From positions 224,001 to 288,000 of the forward strand of contig CAXXWC010000021.1 in assembly GCA_963668645.2 (NCBI GenBank): a DNA stretch of 64,000 nt, read 5' to 3'. This DNA is from Desulfobacterales bacterium (GTDB lineage Bacteria; Desulfobacterota; Desulfobacteria; Desulfobacterales; UBA2174). Position 1 is the stretch's first letter. Each line of letters starts with the position of its first letter. The notes below the pieces were generated by a model. It made no database searches. It saw nothing but the letters and a program-made list of their open reading frames with translations, and was not told where the DNA came from. Shown here in pieces: positions 59,672 through 64,000 of this stretch. A program made the translations under genes and the position numbers.

Positions 59672-60550
59672 CTATCGGGCGCGCAGGCCGGCCAGGCGCT
59701 GGACGATGAAGCTGTCCTTGCCGAACAGACCCTGAGGCTGAAACATCATGATCAGCACCAGCAGCAATCCGTACGTCAACATGCGGTAATCCTGGATAAA
59801 ACGCAGGTACTCGGGCAACAGAGTCAGAATGACGGCGCCGAGCACAGGCCCGCGGATGGTTCCCAGACCGCCGAAAACCGCCAGGGTCAGGATCTGAATC
59901 GAAAGGGGAAACCCGAAGTCGTACGGAGTGATGAAGAGCAGAAAATGGGCGTAGAGCGACCCGGCCAGCCCGGCGATGGCGGTACTGACCACGAAGGCCA
60001 GGATCTTGAAACGGGCCACGTTGACACCCATCACCTCGGCCACCTCCTGGGCGTCGCGCACCCCTCGCCAGGCGATGCCGATCCATGAACGCTGCAACCA
60101 CCAGACCAGCGCGATCACCAGGATCACCAGCACGATGCAAAAGACCAGGTAGCCGCTGCGATCCAGTTCGGCACCGAAAAGCTGAGGCACGGGAATTCCC
60201 CCCATCCCGAGGGCCTTGCCGAAGTACGGCGCATAGAGCAAAAAGCCGACCACGATGAAGTTGAAGCCCATGGTGGTGATGGCCAGAAAATCTTCCTTGA
60301 GGCGCAGCGAGACGAGCCCGAGCACCAGCCCCACCGCCGCGGTGCACAGCACGGCCAGGGGCATGGCGGCCCAAACGCTCAACCCGGCCTGAACCGTAAA
60401 CATGGCCGAGGCATAGGCCCCGATGGCCATAAAGCCCGCATGACCCAGTGAAACCTGCCCGGCGTAGCCCGACAGAACCCCGATGGAAAGGGCCAGCAGC
60501 ACGTTGATGCAGATGAAGGTGGCGATGGTCATGTAGTAGGGAGGTATCAT
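59672..60550 (-). CDS. livM: HAAT ABC transporter permease
   Basis: True start MIPPYY (ATG60550) inside the 601-aa ORF. GYAGQVSLGHAGF, LRLKEDFLAITT, GGLGTIRGPVLGA. Confidence 0.9.
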   Translation of the reverse strand: MIPPYYMTIATFICINVLLALSIGVLSGYAGQVSLGHAGFMAIGAYASAMFTVQAGLSVWAAMPLAVLCTAAVGLVLGLVSLRLKEDFLAITTMGFNFIVVGFLLYAPYFGKALGMGGIPVPQLFGAELDRSGYLVFCIVLVILVIALVWWLQRSWIGIAWRGVRDAQEVAEVMGVNVARFKILAFVVSTAIAGLAGSLYAHFLLFITPYDFGFPLSIQILTLAVFGGLGTIRGPVLGAVILTLLPEYLRFIQDYRMLTYGLLLVLIMMFQPQGLFGKDSFIVQRLAGLRAR

Positions 60551-60552
60551 AT

Positions 60553-61425
60553 TCACCCCTGCGACCGTTTTCCCATCACGCCCGAAGGCATGAGAATCAG
60601 TACGGCGATCATGCAGATAAAGGCAATGGCATCGCGCGGCAGAAAGTAACCCCAGTAGCCGATGATAAAGGTCTCGGCGATGCCGAGCAAAAACGAGGCG
60701 ATCACGGTGCCGGTGACGTTGCCCAGGCCGCCGAGAACCATGACCACGAAGACCTTGTAGGCCCACACTTCGCCCATGTTGGCATTGACCGCACCGTAGT
60801 AGAGCCCCACCAGCACCCCGGCCACCCCGGCCAGAGCCGAGCCGAACATGAAGTTGAGCCCGAAAAAGGCGTTGGCGTTGACCCCGATACCCATGGAGAC
60901 CTCGCGGTCCTGGGCCGAGGCGCGCCAGGCCAGACCGGTGCGCGAACGGTTGACCACCAGCCACACGGCGGCCAACAGGACGACGGCGCATCCGATGACC
61001 AGAAGCTGGGACGCCGTGATGCGGCATACCCCCAGCGACAGGCTCACATCTGCGAAAGGCACCTTGAAGGAGTGTGAGTAGGGCCCGACGATCAGCCGGT
61101 AGGCGTCTCCCAGGGCGGTGAACATGCCGATGCCCACGATGAGGGGAATCAGCGGCTTTTCGTCCTGAACCCGGCGATACATCAGCCGGTAGAGCAGGTC
61201 GCCCATCACGGCGCAGCCTACCGCCGCTGCGATAAAGGCCAGGGCCAGGCTGCCGGTGGCCCGGTAGGTCCCCAGCCCCAGCAGGGCCCCGAGAACATAG
61301 ACTCCCGCGTGGGCCACATGCAGGATCTTGAGCAGCCCGTAGACCATCGTCATGCCGATGGATATCAGGGCATAGAGGCTGCCCAGAGTGGCAGCGGTGA
61401 CCAGATTTTCGAAAAACGTTCCCAC
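60553..61425 (-). CDS. livH: HAAT ABC transporter permease
   Basis: GSLYALISIGMTMVYG, RSRTGLAWRA, LAGVAGVL, VLGGLGNVTG, MPSGVMG. Confidence 0.9.
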   Translation of the reverse strand: MGTFFENLVTAATLGSLYALISIGMTMVYGLLKILHVAHAGVYVLGALLGLGTYRATGSLALAFIAAAVGCAVMGDLLYRLMYRRVQDEKPLIPLIVGIGMFTALGDAYRLIVGPYSHSFKVPFADVSLSLGVCRITASQLLVIGCAVVLLAAVWLVVNRSRTGLAWRASAQDREVSMGIGVNANAFFGLNFMFGSALAGVAGVLVGLYYGAVNANMGEVWAYKVFVVMVLGGLGNVTGTVIASFLLGIAETFIIGYWGYFLPRDAIAFICMIAVLILMPSGVMGKRSQG

Positions 61426-61526
61426 GGCTCTTGCCTCCTGCTCGTTTAGGAGCGGCTGGCGGCAGGATCGGCGCCATTGTCCGAGGCCGCCGCCACGGCC
61501 GGCCCCGGACGGCCTACCGACTTGTC

Positions 61527-62666
61527 TCAGGGAGTGATCAGCTTCGGATCGGTGCAGACCGTCAGACTGGTAAAAGCCTGGTTCTTGACGATCTGGACCG
61601 GAATGTGGCGCGTGACCACCCCTTGTTCGTTAAAGGAAAGCAGCGGCCCGGTAGCGGCCTGCTCGAAGTCTTTCATCCCCATGATGGCTGCTGCGATCTT
61701 TTCCGGATCTGTGCCGGCTTCGCGGATGGCGCTGGCCATGACCATGATCCCGTCAAAAGCCGAAGCCGCCACCATATCCGCCGCAACGTTGTGCTCCTTG
61801 AAGAAGGCATCGAGAAAACGGCGGGTGACGGGCCGGTTGCTGCCGCGGTCGAGGTTGGTGGTGATCACAACCCCTTCAGTGGCTTCACCGCCAAGCTCGA
61901 AGAACTTGGGCGAATCGTAGCCTTCCTGGCCGATGATGGTGGCCTTAATCCCCAGTTCCTTGGCCTGCTTGGCGATTTGGGCCGCCTCCTCGTAATAACC
62001 GCTGGCCCACAGCACATCGGGGTTGTCCTGCTTGATGCTGGTCAGAAGGGAGCGGAAGTCTTTTTCTCCCAACGGGTAGTTGTACTCATTGAGGATGCGG
62101 ATGCCGAACTTGGGCGCCATGATGCGGAATCCGTCCGTCACGGCCGAGCCGAAGTCGTTGTCCATCACCAACAGCACAGCGGTCTTGGCCTTGAGGGCCT
62201 CGCTGGCCACCTTGGCGCCGACACGCCCGTGGATCTGACTCACCACGGCGGTCTGAAACACGTACGGCCGGTTGATCGGAATCTCCGGGTGGGTTCCGAT
62301 GGTTGAAATATAGGGAATGTGATTGCGGTCATAGATCGGAGCCGCGGCTCGTGTCGGGGTGCTGTAGGAGCCGGAAACCACGGCCACCACACGGTCGCTT
62401 TCGATCAATTTGCGCGCCACGATCACCGATTCCTTGGCCTCGATACGATCGTCATAGTAGATCATTTTGACCGGCTCGCCGTTGATCCCGCCGTCCTGGT
62501 TAATAAATTCGACGGCCAGTTGGGCCCCGCGCAGAGCGCTCTGACCGTCGGCTGCCGCCCATCCGGTCAGGGGGGTGTGAAAGCCGATCTTGACTTCAGC
62601 GCTGGCGGGCATGCAAAGGGCCAGCAAAATCAATGTGATGGTAAGTCCCAGAGCCATCTTGCGCAT
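61527..62666 (-). CDS. HAAT ABC transporter periplasmic substrate-binding protein
   Basis: Signal peptide (...MPASA-EVKIG), PLTG, GGING, YDD, DFRSLLT; LivJ/K-like fold. Confidence 0.9.
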   Translation of the reverse strand: MRKMALGLTITLILLALCMPASAEVKIGFHTPLTGWAAADGQSALRGAQLAVEFINQDGGINGEPVKMIYYDDRIEAKESVIVARKLIESDRVVAVVSGSYSTPTRAAAPIYDRNHIPYISTIGTHPEIPINRPYVFQTAVVSQIHGRVGAKVASEALKAKTAVLLVMDNDFGSAVTDGFRIMAPKFGIRILNEYNYPLGEKDFRSLLTSIKQDNPDVLWASGYYEEAAQIAKQAKELGIKATIIGQEGYDSPKFFELGGEATEGVVITTNLDRGSNRPVTRRFLDAFFKEHNVAADMVAASAFDGIMVMASAIREAGTDPEKIAAAIMGMKDFEQAATGPLLSFNEQGVVTRHIPVQIVKNQAFTSLTVCTDPKLITP

Positions 62667-62780
62667 CGTCCGTCCCTCCTGTTTTGTGGCGGTCCACTGC
62701 CCGCCGGTTCAAATTTTCACCCCTTGCGGGTGCCGATGGGCGGCCTGGACATGGAATGGTCCGGCCGCGATTGAAAGCGT

Positions 62781-63911
62781 TCACGCAGCGCTGCGGCCGA
62801 TCAGGGCCCGGGCCACGACGTCCTTGCGGAAAGTGCGCCGGCCCGCGGCCGCCTGGAGCATGCGCGCATCGCGATAGAAATGTTCCACGGGCAGTTCGAT
62901 CATGTAACCGGACCCGCCGTGGATCTGCAGCGCCTCGTCGGTCACCGCCAGGGCGGCGGCTTCGGCCTGCATGTGGACCGTGAGCATGTCGGCAATATCG
63001 GCGCGTCCTTCCCCCAGGGATCTGGCGGCCAGGTAGACCAGGGCACGGGCCGCCTGCACCTCCCGGTACATCTCCACCAGCTTGTGGCCGATACCCTGGA
63101 ACTGGCAAATGCGCCGCCCGAACTGCTCGCGCTGCTTGCTGTAGGCCAGCCCCTGATCGTAGGCGCCCTGGGCCAGGCCGAGATTCATGGCGCTGAGCCG
63201 CAGCAGCTGGTGGCGCCAGAACAGCTCCTGGCACGGTTCATCGGCCGGCGTTAGCAAGTCCGCCTCTTGCAGAACGACATTTTCAAAGTGCAGTTCATCC
63301 CAACCGACCAGGGCGCAGCCGAGCTTGGTCCCCAGGGGCTTACGGCTCACTCCCGGGCTGCCGGGCGCGACCAGGGCGAAGCGTTCACCCTCGTCCGTGG
63401 CGTACTGCACCACCCACAGATCGCTGCCCGCGGCGTTGAACACGGGACCGGCCGTTCCGTTAAGGCGCCAGCATTCCGCGGCACGCTCCAGCTTGAGGCC
63501 CTGGCTGGAGCAGGCCTCGTCGCTATCCGTATCCGGGGCCACCACGGTGGCCATCATCTTGCCCGCAGCCAGCCGCGGCAGGTATTGCCGCTTTTGATCG
63601 TCGCGGCCAAGGGCGCAAATCAGCTCGGCGCCCAGGTCGGCCATGCCCAGGGCAATGCCAACCGATGAATCTTTGCGGCAAAGCTCCTCGATCACCAGTA
63701 CATGGTCCAGGGGGCTACCGGCCAGTCCCCCGCACGATTCCGGATAACAGACTCCCACAAACTCGAGCCGGCAGGCCTTTTTGAGCAGATCCCGTGGATA
63801 TTTGCCGGCGGCGTTCAATTCGAGGATGCGCTCCTCGTCGAACTCCCCGCGGGCAAATTCCCGCACCGCTTTTTGAATCGAACGTTGTTCGTCGCTCAGT
63901 GGAAACCTCAT
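62781..63911 (-). CDS. Acyl-CoA dehydrogenase family protein with degenerate active site
   Basis: LSDEQ...VREFA, YPESCGG, QKRQYLP, QREQFGRRICQFQ and QIHGGSGY retained. TEPxAGSD, KxWIT and IYEG motifs replaced. Start MRFPLS at 63911. Confidence 0.85.
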   Translation of the reverse strand: MRFPLSDEQRSIQKAVREFARGEFDEERILELNAAGKYPRDLLKKACRLEFVGVCYPESCGGLAGSPLDHVLVIEELCRKDSSVGIALGMADLGAELICALGRDDQKRQYLPRLAAGKMMATVVAPDTDSDEACSSQGLKLERAAECWRLNGTAGPVFNAAGSDLWVVQYATDEGERFALVAPGSPGVSRKPLGTKLGCALVGWDELHFENVVLQEADLLTPADEPCQELFWRHQLLRLSAMNLGLAQGAYDQGLAYSKQREQFGRRICQFQGIGHKLVEMYREVQAARALVYLAARSLGEGRADIADMLTVHMQAEAAALAVTDEALQIHGGSGYMIELPVEHFYRDARMLQAAAGRRTFRKDVVARALIGRSAA

Positions 63912-64000
63912 CGCTTCTCCTATCGATCCTTGTCCGCCCGGCGCCGGTCTGAGCCGGCGCCCTTGATGGTGCAGCCTTTTTGGCCTCGTCGCTTTCACGC

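Noticed and set aside
59672..61477. 601-aa ORF suggesting a fused permease
   Set aside because: The N-terminal half is an out-of-frame read of livH. The real livM starts at ATG60550.

Overview
High-GC chromosomal window. Gene content (sigma-54 activators, CooC, multiheme cytochrome c, Pfa/Ole genes) suggests an anaerobic deltaproteobacterium (Desulfobacterota-like; inferred, not proven). Left third: housekeeping and accessory genes (AEC transporter end, ccdAB, truA, ClC-CBS channel, aminotransferase, GATase, a cytochrome bd-like/octaheme cytochrome c fusion with partner, CoA transferase, pyrG, eno, U32 protein, cooC, Ski2-like helicase, HD protein, ridA, PAS-HisKA, xerD). Centre (23.8-48.3 kb): an interrupted PUFA-synthase/olefin cluster, pfaD, pfaA (2 ACPs), a pfaC-like gene with no acyltransferase, and oleABCD. 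oleC and oleD each carry one extra G in a G-tract. An HTH gene, a helicase pair and a sigma-54 activator with palindromic enhancer sites are inserted into the cluster. Right third: pdxK, a broken dockerin-serpin gene, and a histidine-utilisation (hut) locus with no hutH in the window. In that locus hutU is the last gene of a run encoding a degenerate acyl-CoA dehydrogenase, a Liv-type ABC transporter and a family III CoA transferase. This is the best candidate for an undescribed pathway, plausibly CoA-dependent imidazole-propionate catabolism. No rRNA, tRNA, CRISPR array or IS element was recognised. All product calls come from motif recognition by eye, not database searches.
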